A stretch of 40,826 bases of DNA from Acidobacteriota bacterium. Its GTDB lineage: Bacteria > Acidobacteriota > Thermoanaerobaculia > Multivoradales > UBA5704. Positions 27,595 to 38,043 of the stretch are shown in pieces. Position 1 is the first letter of the stretch. Each line of letters opens with the position of its first letter. The stretch is taken from positions 1-40,826 of the forward strand of contig JBDTZG010000048.1 in assembly GCA_040005235.1 (NCBI GenBank). The letters run 5' to 3'. The notes beneath the pieces were generated by a model. That model did not search any database. It saw only the letters and a list, made by a program, of their open reading frames with translations, and was not told where the DNA came from. The translations under genes were made by a program, and so were the position numbers.

Positions 27595-30500
27595 AGCGCT
27601 CAATTCGTCGCGCCCTACTCTGCATGCTCGTCGCGATGGCGGTCGGTCGAAGCGACGCACGCGCGAGCGATCCTCCTCCGACCGCCCCGGATCCGCACGC
27701 CGATCCGGCAGCCGTTCTCTCGCCGGCCGATCAGCTCTGGCACCACCGCAATCTCGGCAAGGCGTTCTACGAGAATCCGACCACGCAGTACGAAGCGGTC
27801 GAGGAGTGGAAGAAGGCTCTCGCTCTCGCCCCTGGCTCGGCGCGCGACCGCCTGAACTACGGACTGGCGCTGCTGCGCGCCGGCAAAGTGCCCGAGGGGA
27901 TCGCCGAGCTCGAGAAGGTAGCCAAGCAGGATCCGTCGATCCCGCACGCCTGGTTCAATCTCGGAATCGCGCTCAAGCGAGACTCTCGGTACGAGGAGGC
28001 GATCGCGAAATTCGAGACGATGGCGGCGCTCGTTCAGGACGAGCCGGTCACGCGCTTCAACCTGGGCACGCTCTATAAGCTGACGGGCAAGCCCGACCGC
28101 GCCCTCGCGAGCTTTGAGGCGGCGGCCCAGCTCGCTCCCGACCTCGCCGGGCCGCACTACCAGCTCTGGAACGCCTACAAGGTCGCCGGTCGCGCCGTCG
28201 ACGCAGCCCGCGAGCTCGCACTGTTTCGCTTGCGGAGGGCCGAACAGGAAGGAGCCGCGATTCCCGAGGATCTCGAATGGAGCCGCTACAGCGAGATCTA
28301 CGACGAACCGCAGTCCGCTGCCCCGACCGCGCCCGCCGCCTCCGACCCCGAGCCGCGATTCACGACCGTGTCGCTCGCCATCGGCGTAGATGCCGCCTCC
28401 GCGACGCTCGCTCTGCTCGACGGCGACGGCGACGGCCGGCCGGATCTCCTGGTCGGTTCCAAGGCCGGCGTATCGCTTTATACCGGGGGCACGGCGCGGG
28501 CGACCGCCACCGGGCTCGAAGATCTGCGCGATGTGCTGGACGTCGCCCCCGGGGATTTTGACAACGACGGTCGCGCGGACCTGGCGATCGTCACCGGCGC
28601 GGGAGTCTCGCTCTTCCGCAACGCCGGTGGCCCCGGAATCCGGTTCGTGCGGTTCGCGGCCGCACTGCCCAAGGGGTCGTTTCGCCGTGCGCTCTGGCTC
28701 GACGCCGATCACGATTACGACCTCGATCTGCTCCTGCTCGGCAAGGACGCGGCGCTGGTGCGAAATCCCGGAGCACCGGCCGCGGACGCGGCAGAAGGGG
28801 CGGCGGAGGGCTGGACCGACCGGACGGCGAGCTTCCCGTTCGTCGCTGCCGACGCCGTTTCGGCGGTCGCCTTCCACGCGGTCTCAGATACCCAGGGGAT
28901 GGATGTCGCGGTCGCCTATGCCGATCGCCCCGGCGTGCTCTACCGCGACCGGCTCGGCGGTCGTTATGAGGCGGAGCCGCTGCCCGCGCTGCCCGCTCTC
29001 GCTCCAACGGCGCCGCGCCTGACGGCCCCGGATGCCGACGGCGACGGTTGGATCGATCTTGTCGTGGGCGCTGCGGTGCTCCAGAACGACCGCGGCCAAC
29101 GGTTTGTCGGCAGCGGCTTTCCGGCCTCCCCTGCGGTCTGGATCGACGCCCTAGGCTCTGGCCGTCCCCGAGCGCTTAAGCGCAACGCCGCCGCGCTGGC
29201 CGCCGCGGATTTCAACGGCGACGGCAGGCTCGACATCGCGGAGGTCGCGGCCGACGGCACCCTTTCCCGGCTCGAGAACCGAAGCGCGTCTTCGCCCCGC
29301 GTGCTGCCGCTCGCGCTCGAGGGCGTCAAGAACCTGAAGCTCGCGCCGGGCGCCGAGGTCGAGGTGAAATCCGGCGCGCTCTACTCGAAGCAAACCTATC
29401 GCGGCGTGCCCCTGCTCTTTGGGCTCGGAGCACGCGCCGCGATCGACACCGTGCGCGTGACCTGGCCGAACGGCATGATCCAGAACGAAACGACGATCGC
29501 GAGCCGGGCGGCGGGTACGTCGACCCCGCCGACCCTGCCGGAGTCGATCCGCGAGGCGCCCCGGCTGTCGGGCTCCTGCCCGATGATCTTCACCTGGAAC
29601 GGCGCACGCTTCGAATTCGTATCCGACGTCCTCGGTGTCGCGCCGCTCGGCGCGAGCGCGGGCGACGGGGTGTACTTCCCGGTCGATCACGACGAGCATG
29701 TGAAGATCCCGCGCGGCGGGCTGGTGGCGGTCAACGGCCGCTACGAAATGCGGATCACCGAGGAACTGCGCGAGGTGACCTACCTCGATCAGGTTCGGCT
29801 CCTCGCGATCGACCACCCCCCGGATATCGAGGTGCTCCCGAACGACCGATTTGAAGATCCCCCCTTCACGCCGTTCGCGCTCTATGGCATCAAGGAGAAG
29901 CTCCGGCCGATTGCGGCGAGTGACGACGCGGGGACGGATGTGCTTGCTTCGCTGCTCGCGGTCGATCACCGTTTTCCGGACGCCTTCCCACGCAACGCGA
30001 CCGGAGTGGCCTCGATGCACCGGCTCGATCTCGATTTCGGGTCCGCTGAGCCGGGCGTCGGTTCGCCGGGTGCCCGTCCGGGCCGTTCGCTCCTGGTGCT
30101 TACCGGCTGGGTGGACTGGGCCGACGGCAGCACCTTCCTCGCCGCGGCTCAGCGACCGGGCGGCGGTCTCGCGTTGCCGCGGCTGGAAGTCCAGGACGAG
30201 CGCGGCGACTGGGTGACCGTGGTCGCGAGTATGGGAATCCCGGCCGGCAAACCGAAGTCGATCGTGGTCGATCTGACCGGCAAGTGGGCGTCGGCCGCGC
30301 GCAAGGTGCGGATCTCGACCAATCTCTGCGTCTACTGGGATGAGATCTATCTCTCCGAAGGCGCGGGCGAATTCTCCGGCCGCCTCACCGAGCTGGCTCC
30401 CGCCGCTGCCACCCTCCGCTTCCGGGGTTTCTCGCGGCCGGTCGTCGATCCCGAGCGCAAGCAGCCCGAGGGTTTCGACTACCAGAGCTTCCAGCCGGTC

Positions 30501-30884
30501 GCGATGTGGAATCCGACCCCCGGCCTCTATACCCGCTACGGCGAGGTCGCGGAGCTTCTCGATCGGGTCGACGACCGATTAGTGATCTTCGGCTCGGGCG
30601 ACGAGATCCGGCTCGTCTTCGACGCGGCGGCGCTGCCGGCTCCTCCCGCAGGGTGGCAGCGCGACCTGATCGTCCAGGTCGATGGTTGGGCCAAGGACGC
30701 GGACGCCAACACGGCGTTCTCGCAGACCGTCCTGCCGCTACCGTTCCACGGCATGAGCGCCTACCCCTATCCGGCCACCGAGAGCTACCCGACCGATCCC
30801 GAACACCAGCTCTACCGCCGGACTTACAACACCAGGCCGGCGCTTCGTCTGATCTCACCGCTCCGCCTGGAGGTGGCTCCATGA
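27591..30884 (+). CDS. Secreted TPR + FG-GAP + ASPIC/UnbV-like protein
   Basis: N-terminal TPRs, D.DGDG..DL repeats, FGLG...IDTVR.TWPNG..QNE, GSCP, ITEE..E..Y.D, GW.KD.D.N. Confidence 0.9.
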   Translation: MKRSIRRALLCMLVAMAVGRSDARASDPPPTAPDPHADPAAVLSPADQLWHHRNLGKAFYENPTTQYEAVEEWKKALALAPGSARDRLNYGLALLRAGKVPEGIAELEKVAKQDPSIPHAWFNLGIALKRDSRYEEAIAKFETMAALVQDEPVTRFNLGTLYKLTGKPDRALASFEAAAQLAPDLAGPHYQLWNAYKVAGRAVDAARELALFRLRRAEQEGAAIPEDLEWSRYSEIYDEPQSAAPTAPAASDPEPRFTTVSLAIGVDAASATLALLDGDGDGRPDLLVGSKAGVSLYTGGTARATATGLEDLRDVLDVAPGDFDNDGRADLAIVTGAGVSLFRNAGGPGIRFVRFAAALPKGSFRRALWLDADHDYDLDLLLLGKDAALVRNPGAPAADAAEGAAEGWTDRTASFPFVAADAVSAVAFHAVSDTQGMDVAVAYADRPGVLYRDRLGGRYEAEPLPALPALAPTAPRLTAPDADGDGWIDLVVGAAVLQNDRGQRFVGSGFPASPAVWIDALGSGRPRALKRNAAALAAADFNGDGRLDIAEVAADGTLSRLENRSASSPRVLPLALEGVKNLKLAPGAEVEVKSGALYSKQTYRGVPLLFGLGARAAIDTVRVTWPNGMIQNETTIASRAAGTSTPPTLPESIREAPRLSGSCPMIFTWNGARFEFVSDVLGVAPLGASAGDGVYFPVDHDEHVKIPRGGLVAVNGRYEMRITEELREVTYLDQVRLLAIDHPPDIEVLPNDRFEDPPFTPFALYGIKEKLRPIAASDDAGTDVLASLLAVDHRFPDAFPRNATGVASMHRLDLDFGSAEPGVGSPGARPGRSLLVLTGWVDWADGSTFLAAAQRPGGGLALPRLEVQDERGDWVTVVASMGIPAGKPKSIVVDLTGKWASAARKVRISTNLCVYWDEIYLSEGAGEFSGRLTELAPAAATLRFRGFSRPVVDPERKQPEGFDYQSFQPVAMWNPTPGLYTRYGEVAELLDRVDDRLVIFGSGDEIRLVFDAAALPAPPAGWQRDLIVQVDGWAKDADANTAFSQTVLPLPFHGMSAYPYPATESYPTDPEHQLYRRTYNTRPALRLISPLRLEVAP

Positions 30885-30969
30885 GTTCCGGGGTCGGCAG
30901 GCTTTATGAGAGAAGCCACAGCCTTCCACCGGCAATCGGGTGAGGCTGGCACCTATCTGGGATCGGGCT

Positions 30970-31440
30970 TCATCGCTTCTTCTTCCCGAATCCGGGAATG
31001 GCCGTGATTTGTTTCATCCACGACGCGACCTGGCTTTCGTCGAGGTCGTCGACGGAGGCGAGGTCCACGCCCCGCGAGGACTTGCCCATCCCGATCGGCG
31101 TGACCGGTGGTACAGGCTCGAGTGCCGTGCCGTGACCGAACGTGAGCTTTACATGACCGGCGAAGCCGCCGCACGAGAAGCACCAGCCGTCACCAACGCC
31201 ATAGAAGGCCATGCCCCACTTCACGCAGCGCTCCAGGCCCGGCAGCGTCCTGGCCGCCAGAGCATCAACGTGTTCGGCGATGCCGCGTTGCGGCTGCGGC
31301 AGGCTCTGAATGTAGGCGAAAACTGGCTTGTCGCCGACCGCGGCCTTCGCGTCGCTTGCTCGGCCGGTCATGGCGACCGGCAGCGTCGTGGCGACTCTAG
31401 CTGGCGCGGCCGTGCGCCTGGCGAGCGTCTTTGCTGGCAT
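30970..31440 (-). CDS. DUF1801 domain protein
   Basis: V.AYI.SLP.PQR, VKWG..FYG, HVKL.F..G..L.PVPP. Confidence 0.85.
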   Translation of the reverse strand: MPAKTLARRTAAPARVATTLPVAMTGRASDAKAAVGDKPVFAYIQSLPQPQRGIAEHVDALAARTLPGLERCVKWGMAFYGVGDGWCFSCGGFAGHVKLTFGHGTALEPVPPVTPIGMGKSSRGVDLASVDDLDESQVASWMKQITAIPGFGKKKR

Positions 31441-31765
31441 GATCAGGCCTCCGCGGTGGCCACGGTCGCGACGGGCACCGGGTTCTGTGTTGAGGCGCGC
31501 AGCATATTCCAACCCCGCATTGGCTTCCATCTCCTGGCGGAGTCGGATAGAGAAGCTCGGAGGGAGCTGAGCATCGATCCAGCAGGGCTCGGCGAGTGGC
31601 GACGGGAATCGAGCCGCCCTTAGGTTAGACTGGCACCCCTTCCCGGGTTGTCCTGGCGGCTGCGGTACCACGTCATGTTCCCACGCAGCTGGTGAGCGCT
31701 GTCCGATGAACTGCCTCGCCGGAGCAGTGACGTGGCCGTTGGTCAACGATGAGGAGACAGAAAGA

Positions 31766-32395
31766 ATGTGGTGGACCCGCTTTTTTCAGCGTCAGCGGAA
31801 ACAACACGACGAGCTGGCCGAACAGTTCCGGGGCTTCTTGTCAGCTCATTTTCCCGACGTGCAGGTGTCCGTCGGCCCGTGGGAGGAGGACCCTTCGAGG
31901 CCGGCAATCTCGGTTACCGTGCCCCGTTTTGCTACGCTCTACCCGCAACAGCGCTTTCGTTGGATTCTGGGCGCTCTCCCGCCGGGATTCCTGGACAAGA
32001 TCCAGCCGCCGCCGATTTTTTTCGAGTTGGCTCCTGGCGAAACGCCGGCCGATGTGGCCTGGCCCGACGAGGAGCGCCTAAGTCGCATCACTCCGGATAT
32101 CTTGCGGAGACTCGAGGATGCCGGCTTCTTCGCGGCACTGGACAACCGCATGGCACCTGAAGCTGACGCAGGGGAGAAGGTTGGCTGCAAGGGAGAGTTC
32201 CAGCTCTCGAAGCTGCTACTGCGTGAGGCGGGTATTGATGAGAACCAGTTCCAGGACGTGTTCGATGTCCTAATGAGCAATGGGGCGAGTTGCGACTGCG
32301 AAGTGCTTACCAAGGTGGCTGAGCAAAGCCTGTACAAAGAGCATATTTGGACGGCCGTCAACGCCGCCACGGCTGCTCCCCCGGCTGAAGGCTAG
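31766..32395 (+). CDS. Hypothetical protein with C-terminal DUF2695-like G..CDCEV motif
   Basis: GAGGAG RBS; L...GASCDCEVL. Confidence 0.7.
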   Translation: MWWTRFFQRQRKQHDELAEQFRGFLSAHFPDVQVSVGPWEEDPSRPAISVTVPRFATLYPQQRFRWILGALPPGFLDKIQPPPIFFELAPGETPADVAWPDEERLSRITPDILRRLEDAGFFAALDNRMAPEADAGEKVGCKGEFQLSKLLLREAGIDENQFQDVFDVLMSNGASCDCEVLTKVAEQSLYKEHIWTAVNAATAAPPAEG

Positions 32396-32557
32396 AGCGC
32401 TAACCACCCGCCATCCGCACCCGGCTCGTAGAACTCCCAGGCTCCGAGCCGCTCCTGAGAGCCCTCAAACAGTTGAGGCAAAGTGACACACGCATGGGCT
32501 GGCGTAGCGCCGTTGAACGGCATTCGTTCTGCAACCAGAGCAGGGAAGGGGGTAACA

Positions 32558-33259
32558 ATGTCGGATTGGCCCAACAATGATTCTTGGAGCGCACTCCGTG
32601 AGGGAGATCTCGATTTTGGGGGAAGTGTCTATCGTTTGGAGATCGTAGATTGCGGAGACCTTTACCTCCCTAGTGGTCGCCTCGTCGCCTGTGATCCGTT
32701 CGCCGGCATGAGCCGCGGTGGGAATCCCTTTGTTCAGGTTCCGGCTGGCAAATTCCCGGTGAGGGTGACCATCGCAGATGTCAGTGGAAAGGCCGATGGA
32801 TCACATCTACGGGAGGCCTATGCAAGCCTTCTTCTCTCAGGCTTGCCTGAGGTTACTCGACGTATCCTGATTCCGCTGAGTGAGGGCAAGGCACTTCCGG
32901 CGATTTCAGAAGGGGAGTTCATTGGTTTTGGAGTCGACGCCGGAACTGCATGTTTTGTCGATGACAAAGCTCTTGAGGAGGGAATGCCGCCGGAAGAGGA
33001 CTGGCTCGAAGGACTGTTTGAAAGCGACGATTCTGACAGTTGGTTCGCACGCATGGATGATCCCGAGCACATCCGGGCGGGCATAGCCAATATCCTACTT
33101 CCGCTTGGGTCTCACGGAGAGAACGTCGTGCTCTTTCATTCTGGGTGGGGCGATGGCGTGTACCCTGTGATTGGCGGTTATGATCAGGGCGGAAATCTGG
33201 CCGCAGTTCACATCGATTTAATGGTGATATCGACGGAAGCCCAGCAAGAGCAGAGTTGA
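32558..33259 (+). CDS. DUF4241 domain protein
   Basis: G.L.LPSG.LVACDP, FGVDAGTACF.D, F.SGWGDG.YP. Confidence 0.88.
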   Translation: MSDWPNNDSWSALREGDLDFGGSVYRLEIVDCGDLYLPSGRLVACDPFAGMSRGGNPFVQVPAGKFPVRVTIADVSGKADGSHLREAYASLLLSGLPEVTRRILIPLSEGKALPAISEGEFIGFGVDAGTACFVDDKALEEGMPPEEDWLEGLFESDDSDSWFARMDDPEHIRAGIANILLPLGSHGENVVLFHSGWGDGVYPVIGGYDQGGNLAAVHIDLMVISTEAQQEQS

Positions 33260-33301
33260 GTCGGTCGCATTCCTGCGGGGTGCTCCCCTGGGTATTGAAC
33301 G

Positions 33302-33660
33302 GGCGAACCATTCTACGCGGCCTCCGCTGACGTCTTGAGCCAAGCGACAGGGCGGTCTCATGTGGCTTGTCTTCCGGGTCACGCCCTCACGACACTCCAC
33401 TACATAATCTTCAAGTACGCGGGGCGCGATCAGGCAAACGGCGTGGTGGACTGGCTGTTGGCCCACCTCGAAATTGTACCGCAGGGGCGGAAGGAATTCG
33501 TTCGCGCCCGAAGTCTAGGCCTCGAAGACTTCGAAGACGCAGCTCGTGCGGGCGCCGCGGAGGCCTTTGGGTATGAGTTGATCATCACCAGGGACTTGGC
33601 GGATTTCTTTGGCTCTCCTGTGCCCGCGGTAACACCGGAGGAGTTTCTGCTCGACAGGTG
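33302..33660 (+). pseudogene. PIN-domain toxin remnant, 5'-truncated
   Basis: EPFYAAS..VL, TTLHYI, DFEDA, IITRD..DF..SPVP.VTPEEFL. No N-terminal D-T/L-N motif or start codon; in-frame TGA at 33296. 3' boundary approximate. Confidence 0.75.
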
Positions 33661-33726
33661 GCCAGTTCATAACGATTCCAGGCACGCGGAGGGAGTGGCG
33701 ACGTGTGATCGGTCGAAGGGCCAGGA

Positions 33727-36396
33727 TCAGGGCTCCAGCGCCCAGAGCTCGAAGCCGTGAACGGGATCGCTGGCGGCGAACAGGGCTTTCGCGCCGAAGC
33801 TCACCAGGCGCGGGTCGTCGACCCGGACCGACGGCGGTAGGGTGATCCGCCGGGTGCCGGCGGGCGTGCCGTCGGTCTCCCGGATCTCGTCCCTGAAGTT
33901 GTCGACGAAGGCCACGACCTCGCCTAGAGCGACCAGGGAGGTGACGGAAAAGGAGGTTCCGCTCTCGTCTAGCACCCGGTCGGTTCCGGCCTCGGTTCCG
34001 TCGGTCGTCCACAGGTCGCCGGAAGCGCCGGCGAAGAACAGGCGGCCGTCCGCGACCACCGGCTCGACGCTGCGTTGAAACTGGACCGGCTCGACCGACC
34101 GGGTGCCGGCCGCCGTTCCGTCGCTCACCCACAGCATCTCGCCAGCCGTCGAGCGGCCGAAGACGAGCATCTTCCCATCGAGCGCGAAGCTGGCCGATTC
34201 CGTGGCGTCGAGGTCGGACGGATCGAGCGCGCCGACCGGGGCGGTTCCCGCGGCGGTCAGGTCGGTCCGCCAGATCGTCGTGTCCGCGTCGGAATTCTCG
34301 CCGGTGACGAAAAGGATCTGGCCGCCGAGGTCTACCGGATCGCCGGACGCCTCGCGCAGCGGCTCCACCAGGAACGGATAGACGTCGGCCAGGGGCTTCG
34401 TCCCGGCGGGGGTGCCGTCCGAGATCAGGAGCTCCTCGCCGCCCGCGGGCGAGAGCACGGGGACCACCAGCCGGTCGCGCAGCACGATCAGGCGTGGCGA
34501 GACGCCCTCGGGCCGGAAGGGCTCCGGCGGCGCCAGGTCGGTCAGGCGCTGCGTTCCGAACAAGGTGCCGTCGGTCGACCAGAGCTCGGCGCCGTGGCTC
34601 GGATCGACGCCGACGAACAGGAGCCGTCCCGCCACCGATTCGTAGACGCTCCGGGCGACGACGTTCGGAGGCAGGATGTATTCGCTGCCGGCCGGGGTGC
34701 CGTCGGTTCCGAGAAGGCTGCCGCCGAGGTTGGAGAGAACGAGGCGGCCCGCGGCGTCGGCCCAGGGACGGCCGCCCGTGCTCCCATGACCCGGCCCGGG
34801 ATTGCTGTCGAACGCGAGGCGGGTCCCCTCCTCGGTGCCGTCGGTCGACCAGAGCTCCGAGCCGTGCTCCTCATCGGTGGCGTAGAAGTACCCCCGCCCT
34901 CCGGCGCTCCCGATCGGCAGGGGGTCCGAGCCGAGCAGGTTGTCCGAGAAGAGGTCGGCGATCTCGCGCGTGCCGGCCGGCGTGCCGTCCGAGATCCAGG
35001 GCTCGGACCCGTGCTCGGCGCTCGAGCCGGCGAAGACGATCGAGCCGGCGCCGAGCGTGGCGCCCGCCAAGGGGCTCCCCGTCGTGCGCGGAAGCGGCGC
35101 CACGACCCGGGTGCCCGCCGGGGTGCCGTCGCTCGACCACAACCGGCGGCTCTCGTACTGTCCGGTGGTGAAGTACATGCGCTGGCCCGCGGCCAGGAAT
35201 CCGATCTCCGGATCGCCGCAGTCGCCGGGGCAGCTTTCGCGCAGCAGACGCGTGCCGCCCGGCGTCAGGTCGGAGGTCCAGACTTCGCGTCCCTTCGCGG
35301 GGTCGAAGCCGACGAACCAGATGCGGCCCATCGCCGCCGGGCCGAGCACGATCACGCCGTTGCACTCTCCGGGGCAGATCTCCTTCACCTTCCTGGTTCC
35401 CGCCACCGTGCCGTCGCTCGACCAGAGCTCGCCGCCGTTCATGAATGCGACCCGCAAGCCGAGAGCGACGATGTACAAGTTGTTGAACCCCGACCTCGCG
35501 AGCGACCAGGTTCCCGCGGGCGAGCCATCGGTCACCCAGAGCTTTCCGTCGGGAACCGTGGAGAAAAAACCCCGGCCGCCCACGGCGACGATCGAGGTGG
35601 GCTCGTCGAAGCTCGGCGGCAGGTCTTTGATCTTGCGGGTGCCGGCCGGGCTCCCGTCGCTCGACCAGAGCTCGATCCCGCCCTGGTCGGGGTAGGTGAA
35701 GAACGCCAGCCGGCCGCCGATGACCGCGAGCTGGTGGACGTTCCGGACCGAGCCGACCCGCCGCGTGCCGGTCCGCGTTCCGTCGCTCGTGAACAGCGCC
35801 GCCGATCCATTGGCCGTGTCGGCCACGAAATAGAGCCGGCCGCGGAACCAGACGAAGCAGCGCGCCGCGGATTGCAGGGACCCGGGCCTCAGATCGACCA
35901 CCAGCCGGGTACCGGCCGGGGTGCCGTCGCTCCTCCAGAGCTCGTAGCCGTGGGGACCGTCGTCGAAACCGAAGTAGACCCGATCCGATCCCGGTGGCTG
36001 GATGACCTCGACGCCAAACTGGAAACGTTGGGAGGACGCCGCCAGGCGGCGGGTGCCTTCGGGGGTGCCGTCCGAAGCCCAGAGGCCACACTGCTCGTCC
36101 GGGCAACCGACGAAGAAGGCGCGACCCAAGGCGGCCTTCATCGGCCCAAAACCGGTCGGTCCGAGAGGCGTCGGCTCGCCGGCCCCTTGGGTCGCCCAGA
36201 TTTGGCTTCCGGACCCGGCGAGGAACAGCCGGAACAGCACCCGGTTTCCGACCTGGACGAAATTTTCAGGTTGCGATCCGGCGCTCTGGAAGCGCGGATC
36301 GATGTCCGCGACCAAGGACGCGGACACCGCAGCGGCGGGTTGGGATGCCGAGGCGAGCGCGGCGGCGAGCGAGAGGACGATCAGGTTTCGGTTCAT
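33727..36396 (-). CDS. Secreted ELWxxDGT repeat (beta-propeller) protein
   Basis: Signal peptide; many G.ELW.SDGT..GT repeats. Confidence 0.93.
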   Translation of the reverse strand: MNRNLIVLSLAAALASASQPAAAVSASLVADIDPRFQSAGSQPENFVQVGNRVLFRLFLAGSGSQIWATQGAGEPTPLGPTGFGPMKAALGRAFFVGCPDEQCGLWASDGTPEGTRRLAASSQRFQFGVEVIQPPGSDRVYFGFDDGPHGYELWRSDGTPAGTRLVVDLRPGSLQSAARCFVWFRGRLYFVADTANGSAALFTSDGTRTGTRRVGSVRNVHQLAVIGGRLAFFTYPDQGGIELWSSDGSPAGTRKIKDLPPSFDEPTSIVAVGGRGFFSTVPDGKLWVTDGSPAGTWSLARSGFNNLYIVALGLRVAFMNGGELWSSDGTVAGTRKVKEICPGECNGVIVLGPAAMGRIWFVGFDPAKGREVWTSDLTPGGTRLLRESCPGDCGDPEIGFLAAGQRMYFTTGQYESRRLWSSDGTPAGTRVVAPLPRTTGSPLAGATLGAGSIVFAGSSAEHGSEPWISDGTPAGTREIADLFSDNLLGSDPLPIGSAGGRGYFYATDEEHGSELWSTDGTEEGTRLAFDSNPGPGHGSTGGRPWADAAGRLVLSNLGGSLLGTDGTPAGSEYILPPNVVARSVYESVAGRLLFVGVDPSHGAELWSTDGTLFGTQRLTDLAPPEPFRPEGVSPRLIVLRDRLVVPVLSPAGGEELLISDGTPAGTKPLADVYPFLVEPLREASGDPVDLGGQILFVTGENSDADTTIWRTDLTAAGTAPVGALDPSDLDATESASFALDGKMLVFGRSTAGEMLWVSDGTAAGTRSVEPVQFQRSVEPVVADGRLFFAGASGDLWTTDGTEAGTDRVLDESGTSFSVTSLVALGEVVAFVDNFRDEIRETDGTPAGTRRITLPPSVRVDDPRLVSFGAKALFAASDPVHGFELWALEP

Positions 36397-36553
36397 TCGG
36401 GCTCCAGTCAGGCGCGGCGTTTCGAAGTGGGGTCGGTCGAGGGGGCGTACGATCACGGCTCGAGCGCATGGCAATTGTATCTAACGGCTTGCTTGATAGT
36501 TCAAGTTCGTCTTCAGGTTAGGGTGGCACCTTTTCGGCAGCGCTCCACTCAGT

Positions 36554-36770
36554 TTATGCAGCAGCGGCGGTCACGCGGAGTTTGACCTGGGTCTTCTTCT
36601 GAAGCGCGCTAATGATCGAGAAGAAGTTCTCGGTGCTCGGGTTTCCGTTCGGCCCCAGCATCCGGTGCAAGCTCTTGCTTGGGGTGGCGATTTCGGCCGC
36701 AAGGCCTTCGAAACCGATGGTTGCATTGACGAGGTCGCGCAATACCGCCCTTCCCTCCGCAGGGTGATTC
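36554..36770 (-). pseudogene. C-terminal remnant of an HTH addiction-module antitoxin-like regulator
   Basis: LRDLVNATIGFE.LA.....SKSLHRMLGP.GNP...N.F; N-terminal half not recognisable upstream. Confidence 0.7.
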
Positions 36771-36891
36771 GCCGCCGCGGCTTTCGACGTCAAGCCTGGC
36801 GACGACCGAATCGAGAACGGGGCCAGCCCCTTCGAGAAGCCGGCCCCGAGATCGGAGGTATTTCGTCGCCCTAGTCGGCCACAGAACGTGA

Positions 36892-38043
36892 CTACGGGAT
36901 CATCTCCATCCCGTGAACGGAAGTCCAGATCGCGCCGTTTTGGCCAATCCCTTCGTTCTTCCAGCCGACAGTCTTGATCGGCAGGTCCGCGGTGGCAGGC
37001 ATGCGATCGCGGAACAGGCCGCGATCGCTGGCGCAGAGGAAGAGCTTCTGGAGGTCCGCCGTGTAAGTAATCTCCTCTCCCGGCGTTCCGGAGAGGACCG
37101 GCAGGGTGTAGTTGCAGAGGCTGGGCAGGGCCTCCGCCTCGAAGAAGGCAAGGTCGGCTCCCGGGTTGAGCGTGTCCTCGGCGATTGGCCAGTTCCATTC
37201 GAAGTCTCGCCCTGTGGCCCCAGGCAGCGGGGGCTGTTTCGAATTCGGATCAACGGCCGGTGTATAATATTCAATATTCCGATGGATCAGGTTGACGAAC
37301 AACATTCGCGGCTTGCCGCCCCATTCGGCGACGGCCCAGAGCGCGAAATCGACGTATCCCTTGCCCGGCTGGATGAAGTCGCCGCCTGTGCAGGCCGGGC
37401 AGTCTGGCAACCCCATGTCCCACAGCCGAGCGGTAAAACGGACTTTGCTCGGGATCGAAGCAGCGGAGGGGTTGAGAGCCCCGGGCGTTCTTCCTCCGTT
37501 TCCCCGGTCGCGATCCGCCATGAGCGAGAGGAAAGGGATTCCGTAGCCGCTGTCGCAAGGGTTCGGGTGATAGAGGTTCAGCACCAAGTGCGCGCGAGGG
37601 AATGTCTCGCCCGCCAGCGATCCCGGGATCGCGGTAAAACCCATAATGCCGGCGCCGGGCTCCGCGCGAGGCAAGGAGGCCTCCGGCGGTCCGGAGTTGC
37701 AGTTGTTGAACGCAGGTTCGTTGTTCATCAACAGGACCCAATACGTGCAAGGGTAGTAGGCGCCGCAGTTGTTGTCCCAGTTCTGACGCCACCAGTTCGA
37801 CTGCGAGTAGACCGTGGGTCCGGTTGGACAGCCGACGATCGATTGGGAGGACGGCCAGAGACAGGGGGATGTGAGGGTCAGCGGATCAAGGGCTGTCCCT
37901 TCATACACCGAGTCGTAGACGGTCCGGATCGAAGCTTGGTGGAAGCCCTGGTCGGCGAAGCCATAGGTCACGGCGGCGAGAGGTGTCTGCCCGGCGATGA
38001 GGAGCACGAGCAGAAAGAGGAGCAAAGTCAGGTTCCGGCGCAT
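36892..38043 (-). CDS. Secreted hypothetical Cys/Trp/Pro-rich protein
   Basis: Clear signal peptide MRRNLTLLLFLLVLLIAG...LAA; AAGGA RBS; no family recognised. Confidence 0.8.
   Translation of the reverse strand: MRRNLTLLLFLLVLLIAGQTPLAAVTYGFADQGFHQASIRTVYDSVYEGTALDPLTLTSPCLWPSSQSIVGCPTGPTVYSQSNWWRQNWDNNCGAYYPCTYWVLLMNNEPAFNNCNSGPPEASLPRAEPGAGIMGFTAIPGSLAGETFPRAHLVLNLYHPNPCDSGYGIPFLSLMADRDRGNGGRTPGALNPSAASIPSKVRFTARLWDMGLPDCPACTGGDFIQPGKGYVDFALWAVAEWGGKPRMLFVNLIHRNIEYYTPAVDPNSKQPPLPGATGRDFEWNWPIAEDTLNPGADLAFFEAEALPSLCNYTLPVLSGTPGEEITYTADLQKLFLCASDRGLFRDRMPATADLPIKTVGWKNEGIGQNGAIWTSVHGMEMIP

Noticed and set aside
25834-30884. Enediyne biosynthetic cluster inferred from UnbV-like domains
   Set aside because: No PKS, thioesterase or other biosynthetic genes; ASPIC/UnbV proteins occur widely outside such clusters.
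34075-36585. 836-aa plus-strand ORF
   Set aside because: Antisense shadow of the ELWxxDGT gene; no motifs of its own.
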